Assembly: GCA_034780895.1 (NCBI GenBank)
Contig: JAUZTB010000002.1
Coordinates: forward strand, 69,416,680-69,480,679
Source: Rhynchobatus australiae
Lineage: Eukaryota
Reading direction: 5' to 3'
Length of the DNA: 64,000 nt
Shown: in pieces, positions 1 to 12,502 of the stretch
Position numbering within the stretch: the first letter of the stretch is position 1
Layout of the letters: each line of letters opens with the position of its first letter
Notes under the pieces: generated by a model
What the model was told of the DNA's origin: nothing
Seen by the model: the letters and a program-made list of their open reading frames with translations, nothing else
Database searches by the model: none
Position numbers and translations under genes: made by a program

Positions 1-630
1 CTGTCTGATCCATGCTTTCTAAACCTCAGGTAAGCTTCTTTCTTCCTCTTGACAAGACATTCTACATCTTGTGTCAACCACAGTTCCTCCACTCTACCAT
101 CCTTACCCTGCCTCAATGAAACAAACCTATTCAGAGCCCCATGCAAGTATTCCTTAAACAACCTCCAGATTTCTGCTGTGCACTTCCAAGAACATCTGTT
201 CCCTACGCTCCCAAGTTCCTGCCTAGTAGCATCATAATTCTCCCTCCCCCAGTTAAAGACTTTCCCATATTGTCTGCTCCTATCCCTCTCCAAGGCTATG
301 GTAAAGATCAAGGAGTTATGGTCACCAGCTCCAAAATACTCTCCCATTGAGAGATCTGAAACTTGATCAGGCTCATTGTCTAGTACCAGGTCCAGTATGG
401 CCTCTCTAGTCAGCCTGTCCACATAGTGTCAGAAATCCTTCCTGTACACACCAAACAAACTCCGTCCCATCTATCCCTATTACTCTAAGGATGTACCAAT
501 CAATATTAGGGAAGTTGAAATCACCCATGACAACAACCCTGTTATTTTTGCACCTTTCCAAAATCTGCCCCTTAGCATCTCTGCTGCTACCGGGGTCTGT
601 AGAATACTCCCAATAGAGTGATCACTGCCT
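1..630 (-). mobile_element. CR1-like LINE fragment (APE endonuclease region), degenerate
   Basis: Minus strand encodes NRVVVMGDFNFPNIDW (about 544-497), AILDLVLDNEP and GDHN, which are hallmark non-LTR endonuclease motifs, with stops and frameshifts. Confidence 0.85.
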
Positions 631-3600
631 TGATGTTGGAGAAACCAAATACATACCTAATGACCATCTTTTCTATCCATGCTGTTACAGTCCCTTGGAT
701 TCCATAAGCTTTATTCTAAATGACAAGCCTATAACATAGCTCTTTTATAAAATGCCTTTTTGAAGTCCCTTTTTTATTGACCATTTCCCTCATTAACCTT
801 CTGTTACTTTTTAATAAAAAGCAGCTATCAAAAGTTAACCTACATATAATTTGGCTTCAACAAACCCACGCTAGCTTCCTCTAATCAATCTACACTTGCT
901 GAAATGAATTTTCCCATGGCTTTGTCTGCAGAGTTTGAGGGATATCTTATTATATTGAAAGTGCTATACAAATCAAGTTTGTGATATTCACCGCAAGTGG
1001 TGAACTCGAACAGGCTAGCAAATTATTCAGCTGTCAAACCATTGAGCAATCAGAATAGAGCCGATAACCTAGAATCAATTTGGGCACTGGACTCCGATGT
1101 GAAACAAGGCACCTTAAGTGTCCTTCATAAACATTTTGGGGAATTGCGTCAAAACTGAGAGATTTGTTCTACAGAATGAAGGGACATTAGATTATAAAAT
1201 CCATTTACAATTATAACTTAGCAAATAAGAAACATCAATTTCACATTTGAAATCTTTTTAGTTTAACATATCATTGGAAAATTGGACAGCATCAGCTAAT
1301 GTGTCCATTGAAAAGGAATTGAGACACTCCCCCTTCTTCACCCATTCACCAATTCTAGCAGAGTACTTTTCTTGGTTGACAACATCTATTAGCTTTGCAT
1401 TGGCAGGTTCTGCAATGTTTAATCGCATCAAAAAAGGAGGCACATATTCAGATTTTCCTTCCTTATAGAAAGGATGAGTGGAGACTAGCCGTTTCATGAG
1501 TGGATGAAATGGATTGTGAATGAGACAGTGTGAGAGGGGCTTCAAATTATCACAGAGTCCTGCTGGATATCCCTTATTAGCTGAATGCACTGTTGACAGA
1601 AGGGTAGTGACTCATCCAAACCGTAAATAACGGAAGAAAGTGTAAATGTACATTTGTTTCATTTTTAAAATAGAACCTGCATGGCAACCCTGTGAAATAA
1701 TTTTGAAATATTTCAGCAGCATGAACTGTATTTCCCCAGATGCAACCATAAAAGTAAAACATGCAATTCCTGACAGACACTCAGGACAATCCAACCTGTG
1801 CCAGCAGATGACAAGTGCTCAAATATTCCAAAGGAAAAGGCAGCTAATAAACTTTGACAACCAAGTTAAACAGTTAAGTCAGTTAAAAGCAGCTCCAGAA
1901 AAAAGGGGATAAGAAACAAATAATATTTGTCATACAAGGAAAATGTATTAAATTTAAAACTAACATTGGTTAAATATTGCTGGATATCTACTAGTTTCAA
2001 AGAGGTGATTTTTCCTAGTTACAACCTCAATTGTTTAAAGTTTTATTGGTCTCAAAACATAAAATCACTCCATAGCCCAAACAAAGCTGGGTCTGCCAAC
2101 AATGTTATTTTAAAGAATTTCAACTCAAGGGGATTTAATTTCAAAATCTGAACAGAAGTGTGGTTTGTTTAGCCCAGTCTTGAACCTGAGCTCATTATCT
2201 AGCAAAGAAATTCCAGCTGAGTTAGCAAGGGAGGAACAATCCTCTGAGCTGTAAATCTGAAGGTTCTGAATCTTTGTTCCAGTAGCTATTGAAAGTATTG
2301 CCTATGTCATCCACATCAGCCAACAATTTGGAGGCAAGGAGACCTTAATTTGCTCTGCTCAGAAAACAATAAATTTAAACAGTTCACTGCAACAAGCAAC
2401 CCTCAAAGTCCAATTAAGAAATTCTACACACAAATCATTATCAAAATTATAGAATGTCAGTTTCAGAAAAATGGTGATTTCAGCAAAAATATAGCAAGTG
2501 GAGATACAAATTACATCTTGAAGATGTAGTACTGCTCAGCATGGTTTCATGATGGATGTGGAAATTGCTTAATCATTTCCTTTGTTCTGGAACTGTGATG
2601 TCACTACATGCAGCTATTACAAGGGGAATACTGTGTGCATACCACTTCAATGCAAAAAAAAGTAACAATGTTTAATTTCATGAACCTTGTAGGATCCTGC
2701 CCAAACGTTTCTAGGAACTTCCACACTGAGCCAGTCTTGGGAAGTGCACATGCTGCCACTCCAAATATTGCATGGGTTCCCCATCCTGTCAGAGATTGCT
2801 GGTTCCCAACCAGTGGGCAGCAGATGGAACCAGTGCATGCAAACTTCGAGCCAATTGAGGAGTTGGCAGCTGTGCCTTGGGAAAAGCAGCCTCATCTTAG
2901 CATTTCTTCCAATGAAATAACTTACTACTTCCAAACCAGACAGCCAACCTGTGCAGCACAGCCTCTCCACCACCAAATGCACCTCAAGCACTCATCACAT
3001 ATCATTCCCTTTCTCTATAGGCAACTGTAGGGGGTAGTGTTCGGTAATCTTGTGATTGCCAGCTGCCAGAACCCAGTCCAATATAGCCCTTCCCACCATC
3101 ACTGATTGCCACTTTCTTGTACCATTTCCTCAACAAGTCAGAAGTGACTGAGAAACATTCTTTACATAGAACATATTACAATACAGAATGTGGAGTAGGC
3201 AAGCTGAAAATTAACCATGGAAGACCAATTACAACCAATCCAATTATAACAAGTACGCAATGTCCCCAATGCTAGTTACCAGCCGCAATACATTGACAAT
3301 GTTATATGCAGGCAGGAGGGAGAGTTCCAAATACTGCCCCTATTGAATTTGGTGACACAGTGGAAGGTAAAGATTGTGTGTTAATGATTCACTACATTTT
3401 GTGGGGATTTTTACTGGAGAAGTTGCTTGTGTTTATTTTCCATCCAAATTGACTTTTGTCTGCAGAATAGACTCCTATTGTGCATCATATGCTTCCCCAA
3501 ACCCAAAATCCATTAGCTGAAATTATATCTGTCGTAAGATTACTGGGAATTCCAGATCAAACCAAGTGAGTCTCCTCTACACTAAGGAGACCAAGTGATT

Positions 3601-4679
3601 CCAGATCAATTGAGTTCCTAGGAACGAAAGTATCACGCTAACCTGCACATCAAGATTTAATTGCACTTCAGGCATATGTAAAGTGCCTTAGGTATTTCTG
3701 ACCATGTTATCTTCTCAATTTGTGGGAAGATAATACAATATGGAATGTGGAGCAAGTGAGCTGAGAATTAACCATGAAAGGTTGCAATCCAATTACAGTC
3801 CAATCACTAAATATGTAGCAACTGCATCAGATATGCGGCAGTTTGAACTGGAAAAGTTGCTGATGTAATGGGTTGAGTATAGAAGTAGCAGCAAGCTGAG
3901 GAAGCAAGAACAAAATAGACACCAGGATGATGGGACAGAGATGCTGAAAATGGGAACAGCAGCATCACCACCAGTGGATGGAATCTGAAAAATAAAAGTG
4001 GCTGTGACCTGAAATTGAAGTGTGGCATCTAAACCACAGTACTTATTTGAAGTTCATGTTTCAATGGAATAAAGCACAGAGGTTGGTGGGATTGAGGCAG
4101 AGCTTTAAAGGGCAAACAGCTAGAAGCCTCAGATCATGCATCCAGACTGAAGGGAAGCAATTCAGCTGAGTGAGCAACCAAAATGCATTTGACCTCTTTA
4201 GTGTGGAGACCACAACAATAAATACAGTATACTAAAGTACAGTACAATCGTTTCACCTGGAGGGCACATTCAGGACACAGGTTCACCACCTCTTTTCCAA
4301 ATCAGAGTGAGTGCAAGAGGTGAATGTGGACGACAGCATCATGCATACACTGTGTGGGAGCTATTAGAAAGAACAACTTAAGTTGTAGGGAGTAGAGAAG
4401 GGATTTTGGAATGGGCAAGATTCATATTTGAAACACAGCTTTCTATTGTTTGATGTTGTAAAACTATTACTGTGCGGATTAAATACTGATAAGGCACTTT
4501 CTTTTAAAGAAAAAATAGTGGAACCTGCATGATTTCTACAGTGGCAACTCAAATATGTGCATAAAAAGTAGCGATATCTAGGTCAGACAAGAGTGCAACG
4601 TGCTGCCCACTGCAAGGACCAAGATAAACTAAAACAATGCATGGTAGTGTAATCCTCACATTGCTTATCGTAAGTCTTT

Positions 4680-5334
4680 AGGATCCAAGTACATAGATCG
4701 TTCAAAGTTGCCACACAAGTGGATAAGGCTGTTAAGGTGGTGTATGGTGTGCTGTCCTTCATTAGCCAGGAGAATAAGTTCAAGAGCCAAGGGGTAATGT
4801 TGCAGCTCTACAAGACTGGTTAAACCACACTTTGAATATTGTGTTCAGTCTGGTCACATTATAGGAAGGATATGGAAGCATTGGAGAGGGTGCAGAGGAG
4901 ATTTACACTGCCTGGATTGGAGAGTATTTCTTATGAGGAAAGGTTGAGCAAATTAGGGCTTTTCTCTTCGGGGGCAACGGAGGATGAGCAGTGACTTTAC
5001 GGAGGTGCATAAGATTATGAGAGGCATAGACAGAGTGGACAGCCAACACCTTTTCTCCAAGGTGGTAATGGCCAATACTAGAGGTCACCAGTTTAAGATG
5101 CATGGAGGAAAGTTCAGGGGAAATATCAGAGGTAGTTTTTTTTTAAACAAAATATAGACACAGAGTGGTGGGTGCCTGGAATGCACTGCCAGGGGAGTGG
5201 TAGGGGCCGATATGATAGGGTCATTAAAGAAACTCTTAGATAGGCACCTAGATGAAAGAAAAATATAGGGGTATGTAAGGGGAGGGTGGGGGGGGGGAGG
5301 TTTAGATTGAATGTGGATAAGGTTTATATAGTTC
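4680..5334 (+). mobile_element. CR1-like LINE 3' part
   Basis: Degenerate ORF2 C-terminus (MLQLYK..PHFEYCVQ..YRKDMEALERVQRRF) followed by a CR1-type 3' region; ends at a gap. Confidence 0.85.
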
Positions 5335-6274
5335 NNNNNNNNNNNNNNNNNNNNNNNNNNNNNNNNNNNNNNNNNNNNNNNNNNNNNNNNNNNNNAATAT
5401 CTTGTGCAATCCAAATAATGCCCATTAGGTTAATTCAGATCCACAAATACATAATAGGTGTCCTCTCAGAAAAATCATGAGCAGTTAACTGGGAAGCATA
5501 CAGTATTGAAAGGGCACAATTTTCAATGCATATTAGAAAACAGATACCACAGATTCCAATTCAAAAGAGGAATGCTCACCACAAACAGAAATCAGAGGAA
5601 CCCAGCTGAAAGCTGCCATACACATACTAGGTAGACTGATATATTGATCTTGATAGCTGCTTTCAAATTAATAAAGAGACTTTGTGGGTTCGAGAGAGTG
5701 GAGAAGGATGATGTTTGAAAGCTGTGTTCAAAACGAGAAGTATTATCTTCTAAAAATCAAAGTCACTTTTGCAGCCATGAAATTCTTACTAGGTACAAAA
5801 CAAACTTACTGCTGAATAGGGACTTCAGATAGAGAGCAGCCCTACCAAGGAGAATCCAAAATGCCACAGGCATGAGGGTAAAGTATCATCTGGTGGAATT
5901 AATAGATCATACTTGTTGAATCATTGAAACTTTTGTCAACTATTTAATCTTGAAAAAGCAAATTTGATCACATCATATAGTCCAAATTAAAAAGATCTTT
6001 TCTAATTTGACAGTTCGCAAATGCAAAGAATGTGAGGTAGTAAATGACAAAGCTTACCTGATGTTGGTTTCAAAACAGGATGCACCAGCAAACAAAACCT
6101 CCACTGAGCATTACAGACGTGTGTTAATTTGCTTTGCAAGTTAAGCTTTTGTTTGCATCCATTGAACCACTGATATTTCTTCAAAAGATGAAGATACACC
6201 ACCCCCTGCTCCCCCACAATATCACAAGCAAAATTTATAAATAATTACCAAGATCACCCAAAGAAGATGTAGGC

Positions 6275-6280
6275 TTTATT
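6275..6280 (-). terminator. Probable polyadenylation signal AATAAA of HPCAL1
   Basis: AATAAA on the minus strand about 940 nt after the stop codon, followed by U/GU-rich sequence (tcttctttgggtgatcttggt...tttgcttgtg). Confidence 0.55.
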
Positions 6281-7216
6281 TTGGTACACTTCTCAGCAGT
6301 GGGCAGATGTCAAGTAACACCGGAATACACAAGATTTGAAAAGCTGACAGCTGAAGATACAGAAACATTGCAAAAGGATGTTGCAACACATCAGCAACAG
6401 GTAACTTTACCTTCGTTTCAATAATTCCCTACTGCTGTACATTTAACATTTCATTCTGCCAAGATAAATTGGAAGTTTCACCTTCCTTATACAACCCTAA
6501 AAACAGATTTGCATCTATTCATAAAAAAATTAACTTAAATTTCTGATCAATATATTTTACATAATAGGCAAATATTAAATGTTCATGACAGTCACTGGTA
6601 ATTGTGATGTGTTCAATCACTAGTCAACAGGATAAAAATATCAATATGAATATATGCATCAAACCAGCTTTGAAATGAAATAGGGGCTATATAGCATTAC
6701 ATTAAATATAGACTTGCTTTCAACATTGAATTTTACTCCAACAAAAATGTTTGAAATGCCCAACATTTTTAAGTGCAAGCAATTTTCTTATACAATAGAA
6801 GCATAGAAGCCACAGGCGTTTTCACGATAAGCTTTTTAGCTGTCAGCTACATTCATTGTTATTTCAACACCTGGCTATGATCTAGTCTCAAATATTTCCA
6901 TAGTCACTCATTGAATATTTACAAACCTCCTTAACCAATACATGATTGAAGCTACACATCAGACGCATTAACTGCATTCAAAAACTCAAGACAACTGCAT
7001 GTAAACATAAGTTTAACTCTGAAAAATCTGTGGAAAGGTTCCACTGCATGGGAATGCTGCACTTGTGTTACTGCAGAAAGCCAGCCACTGTAATGCATGG
7101 TACAGCAAAATCTGGCCACCAAACCACGAGGAATGAGTGACAGGCATCTGCTGCAAGCTAAGCTTGAATGACAAGCCAGTGGTCCTCCATTACTGTCCAG
7201 ACATTTTTTTCTTACA

Positions 7217-7321
7217 TCAGAACTGGCTTGCACTGCTGGGATCACACTGTAATAGCCGAACAATGGAAGGATCGCTCTTGGCACCTTTAATNNNNNNNNN
7301 NTTCTTCAAGGGAGAGTTTAC
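7217..7321 (-). CDS. HPCAL1: HPCAL1 last coding exon, interrupted by a 10-N gap
   Basis: Acceptor ctctttttccag|GT AAA, translating (G)KLSLEE[N10]IKGAKSDPSIVRLLQCDPSSASQF*, with TGA at 7219-7217. It completes EF4 (DTNNDGKLSLEE). 95 called bases plus 3 missing gives 98 nt, so the CDS is 378+106+98=582 nt (193 aa plus stop). Confidence 0.95.
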   Translation of the reverse strand, partial: VNSPLKXXXXIKGAKSDPSIVRLLQCDPSSASQF

Positions 7322-8659
7322 CTGGAAAAAGAGTGTTTTAAATATTATGGAATATATAGGCTTTTCCAGCTTTCTAATATGGATATTCTATCAATTAATT
7401 GTTAATTTTAGCTGATGAGCACAAACTTTTTAAATACCACTTTATGGCAGGAGATTGAGGTGGAAAATTCTAAAGCAACAGTAGGTTCCTCACTGTAGGT
7501 CAGCTCACTGAGCTTTTAGGATTCAAATAATTGCTAATTGGAATACAATTCCTCAGGGCTGTTGAATAAAGCCCACTGCACTGAACTGCACAGGGAAGGA
7601 TTACCTCTAAGTATTTAGATTTAAAATATGGACTTAAACAATGCAGAAAGAAATATAGAAACCTTAAACCTCCAAAAGCCCAATTTGTTAGTTACATTTG
7701 TTTCAAAACATAATAATTGTCTCTTTAAAGTTGCAGATAAACATCAGTTGGATGGGAGCCCTAGAGAGGAGAGACATCACCAATATCTTCCCCAGATACT
7801 TAAGGGACAATATGAAGAACATTTAAACCCGAATGGTCAACTGAATCACTGATACCACTACCCAGATTGACAGAAGTCAAATCTGTGTGCTGCCAGGTCA
7901 ACTGAATGTTATTATATTCATGGAAAAACTCTGGACAAACAGCTAGGCCAATGTTCCTAAAAGCAAGTCACATACTCTAAGGGATATAATCCTACAGACA
8001 TTAAGTTGAAGCTCTGGGTTCCCTCAGATAGACATTGGACTTTAAAGTGACCCAATTAAAGAGGTTGATAGTCCAATTCACTCTTCATTTATCCAAGGCA
8101 TACACTGGTCTTGGAACAGCTGATATACCATGGAAAAGGGGGGATCAAATATTCATAAAAACCTTGATCACACTTTCTGGTAACAATTTTTCCTCCATTA
8201 ATAGACACAGGAATTCATAAAGAAAATTGCAGTGTCATAGACAGGATAATACAATTACAAACTTACTAGATAATGTTGGTAACTTCCACTCCACTTACAG
8301 TGAAACATTTACAGTGGAAAATAATGTGACTTTATAAACACAGAATTAAGTTTGAGCTGCTGGGCCTGAACAATCTTAATCCTCTACTTGACTTCCCAAG
8401 TGCAATGCTGCAACAAATAGTATGTTACTTTAAAATATGCAATTTTTTTTTATTCCTCCTCTAAATTGACCTTTGGAGCCAGTTTATAATCAATCCAGAA
8501 GAATTTGGAACCAATTCAAATTTCATCTTCAAGGTCAAAAATGAAACTAACATGCTTATTACTGATAGGTTAGCCAATATGAGGTGTATGGGTACAGCTT
8601 CCAAAATGGGGACAAATTAACAATGCATCACAATGAGGAATGTAATGGATCATTTGGTA

Positions 8660-9800
8660 TACTGGTGGCACAGTGGTCGAGTAATCAGAGTAGTAACCAN
8701 NNNNNNNNNNNNNNNNNNNNNNNNNNNNNNNNNNNNNNNNNNNNNNNNNNNNNNNNNNNNNNNNNNNNNNNNNNNNNNNNNNNNNNNNNNNNNNNNNNNA
8801 ATCAGATTAGTAACCAAGAATCCTTGAGCAACAATCTGGAGACAAAAATTCTGTTGTGGAATTCAAACTACTTAGTAATGACCATGAAACTGTTGTAAAA
8901 TAAAAATGTAGTTCTTTAATATTGTTCGGGAAAATGTGTGCCCAATTTGGCCTATACGCTACTCCAGACCCTCAGCAAGAATGTGGTGGACTTTTAACCA
9001 CCACCAAAATGATTAAGCCACTCATTTATATTGCAACTGCTACACTGAAATAGAAGCAATACTAAAATGGATGAATCACCTTGCACCAAACTCAGACACA
9101 GCAAAGACTTTCCTAGCCCAGTCTTGCAGAGTCTTCCCTATAAACATCTGGAGACTGGTATCCAAACTGGGAATGCTATCCCTCAGTCTAGTCAAGCAAT
9201 CTGCTGATGTCAGTAATCTATGATTGCAAGTGCAACTGTGTGCCAGTCTCCTCCATCACAATCCCTGAGTATGTGCTGTCCAACAGCACGACTGACCCAG
9301 AGGTACAATGGTATTCAGATGAGAGGCCTAAGCCCTGGGAGTCCTCACAGACTTATGAAATCTCACTGCACTGAATCAAACGTGGGAACCCTCCTGATAT
9401 TAACTCATCATCCTCCCTCAGCTGATGGATCAGTGCTTCTCCATGCTGAAGAACAGTTAGAAGCAGCACTGAAAGTAACAAGGGCACAGAACATACTCTG
9501 GTGGAGGAGTTCAATGTCCATCAGTAAGTTGGACAAGTATCACCACCAACCGCAGAGTTGGCCAATTCCTGCAAGATATAGTGCCAGTCTGCAGGTAAGG
9601 AGTAAACCAATGTGGGTGAAAACCTACTCAAGCTAGTCTTCTTCAATCTACCTGTTGTACATCTGCCCGTGATTTAATTGGTAGATAACTGGCTGTACTG
9701 TCTGTATGGAGGCACAGACCCAGGTTCACACCAAGGACACCCTCCATTGTCTTGTGTGGCACCACAATTGTGCTGAATGAGATCATATCTGGCAGCTCAA
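8660..9800 (+). mobile_element. Degenerate LINE (CR1/L2 group) 5' portion with a SINE-like head
   Basis: Endonuclease-like relic EEQLEAALKVTRAQNILW..(GD)FNVH at about 9450-9525. The segment 8960-9180 aligns by eye to the reverse complement of 55905-56095. Confidence 0.6.
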
Positions 9801-10707
9801 AATTGGGTACCCATGAGGGGTTGTGGACTATCGAATGTACAAAAAGTGTAGGAAGAAGGTGGAAGGAAGTAGTGGCAGTGGGGGCAGGAGCAGGGGAGGT
9901 GAAGTGTGAAGGGAGGCTTCAACAGTTGACTGGCCGAGACAGGAGTTATGACAAGTGGAAAGTGCTGGTACTCTTGTGGGATTATGAGCACAAGGAGACA
10001 TGAAGCCTGGGTTCACACATGACATTGGGATTGGCAGCACTATCACAATCAATGCAAGTTTTACNNNNNNNNNNNNNNNNNNNNNNNNNNNNNNNNNNNN
10101 NNNNNNNNNNNNNNNNNNNNNNNNNNNNNNNNNNNNNNNNNNNNNNNNNNNNNNNNNNNNNNNNAGAGGGGAAGCAAACAACACTTCAAACAGCAAACTT
10201 TATGGCTGAACTTTCTAAATCTTCATTGCAGGATGGATCTCAGACATTATAAAATGGTCAAGCTTGTAGATGAGAGAAGGATATCTAGAAATTCCACCCC
10301 CATCACCACCAAGGTGAGTGTACAGGAGTAGGAAAAAATCCTAGGTCATGACTGAACTAAGGGGGAAACCAAATGAGTGCATTCCCAATTAACTGGGGAA
10401 CAGAGGAGATTCATTCAAGATGGTTGAAGTAGTCCACTGTCAATAACTGGAAGAAAGTTGGGACAGTGCATCGGAATATATTCTTTTGATGATTACCAAC
10501 TTTAACAATTTACTCATCTGCAGTAGATAGTTCACAAGTATGTGGTCCAGATGATTCAAAAAGCATCAGATCTCAGGATTCACTAACTTGACTAATGAGA
10601 CAAGTTTAAAAACATTGGACCTACTATCTGGACCCATGCATAAAGTGTTACTAACACTCAGGTTCTGACTTCTGATTTCCATCCTCCCTTCCTCAAAGTA
10701 ATTAAGT

Positions 10708-10815
10708 AGAGACACAAGAGATTGCAGATACTGGAGTTTGGAGCAACAAAGATGCTGGAGGAAGTCAGTGGGTCAGGCAGCATCCGAGGAGGAAAAAGGT
10801 CAAGACCCTCTATCT
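10708..10815 (-). mobile_element. Penelope-like element terminal repeat relic (truncated)
   Basis: gatgctggaggaagtcagtgggtcaggcagcatc matches the terminal motif also seen at 25.6, 38.7, 39.1 and 42.75 kb. Confidence 0.65.
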
Positions 10816-11011
10816 CTACAAACTAATTCGTATTCTGATACTTCAGGGTCTCACCCATCTAGTGAAAGGCAGTGAGATGGAATGGTCTGCTTCAGTGTGT
10901 AGGGATTGCTCCTCTCTCATTACCAGCATAAAAATTCATCCCTTTACTGGGATTATTCCATTAGGAATTTGCAATGTATTGCTTGTAAATTTTGCTATGT
11001 TCCATTTGTTA

Positions 11012-11146
<135 letters not shown>

Positions 11147-12249
11147 TTAACATTTACTGAGACAATATATTAACATCATTAAAATGCTGTGTTTAAAGAT
11201 GATCTCTTTACATTCAAATTTGATTGTGCACCATACAAGCCAAAGTAATTAAATTAGTGCTCAATTTTTCCTAAATGTCAAATTGTTAAAAAGGCTTTAA
11301 AAGTTCATTCACAGTCTATCAAGTACATACAATTACTGTTAAGGAATGACTACAAAATACAGACTCCTTTTCAGTGGTATGGATATGCAAACATGAAGTT
11401 GGAGTAGAGAAGTATGCTGCANNNNNNNNNNNNNNNNNNNNNNNNNNNNNNNNNNNNNNNNNNNNNNNNNNNNNNNNNNNNNNNNNNNNNNNNNNNNNNN
11501 NNNNNNNNNNNNNNNNNNNNNCGTATATCGAGCCAATTTTATTTCATACATCTCGGGCGCCAATACGTTGCCGTTTTTAAACGTAATCACAGAAAAACGC
11601 AGGGTGAATTAAATTCTTTTTCGTCGTCGTACGGTTAAAGATTCCATTAATAATTCCATAGTGACGAATGAGAACTTCAATTTAAATATTATCAAAATAT
11701 TTCAATTAATAATAGCATTGGAAAAATTGGCACATCAAAATGAAAGGTCAACATTCAATTGCTCCCCCCAGCTTTTCTTAACACACCATGAAAGCTAAAT
11801 TTTGGGAGCAACCAAAAGGACAGGTTGGTGAAGTTATTGTAAAGTGTATCACCTTTTATTACCTTCACAACAAATTATACAGTAAAGGACTCCAGGCAGA
11901 AATAATTTTTGAAATGCATTGAATTTTCTAATCATGTCATGATCTTTCACAAGAAAGTTTTAATTGTAATGGTCATATTCACACAAGTATGTACTAGAAT
12001 TCTAGAAAGATATGCAGATTCTATCAAACTTTATATTTGGTTAATTTTACTTTGCAACTATACATTACACTCATTGTATCAGCCCCAAGACATGACAGCT
12101 CACATAAAGAGTCTATACACCAAGAACCACAACCCCCACCCAAAAACACACCTGCACAATTGTCACACCCTGCCACTCAGACATTTTTCTTTAATTTCTA
12201 CCATGTGAACAGGGGAGGTACTGAAGTATTAAGGGTTCTTGCTTTTTTT

Positions 12250-12502
12250 AAAATTTAATTTGATTTTATTTACAGTGTGGTAACAGGCCCTTCCAGCCCA
12301 ATGAGTCCGCACCACCCATTTTAAACCCCAAATTAACCTACCCATATGTCTTTACAATGTGGGAGGAAACCAGAACACCCAGAGGAAACCCACGCAGACA
12401 CGGGAGAACGTACAAACTCCTTACAGACAGCGATGGGAATTGAACCCCAATCGCTGGCACTGTAATAGCGTTGCGCTAACCACTACACTACCATGCTGCC
12501 CC
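12250..12502 (-). mobile_element. tRNA-derived V-SINE (HE1-like), relatively young full-length copy
   Basis: Minus strand: GGGGCAGCA start, A box TGGTAGTGTAGTGG, B box GGTTCAATTCC, V-domain core gggtttcctctgggtgttctggtttcctcccaca, LINE-like tail gaagggcctgttaccacactgt and an A-rich end. Confidence 0.88.

Noticed and set aside
12430-12502. tRNA gene suggested by A and B boxes
   Set aside because: It is the tRNA-derived head of a SINE, continuing into the V-domain and tail; no proper cloverleaf or terminator.
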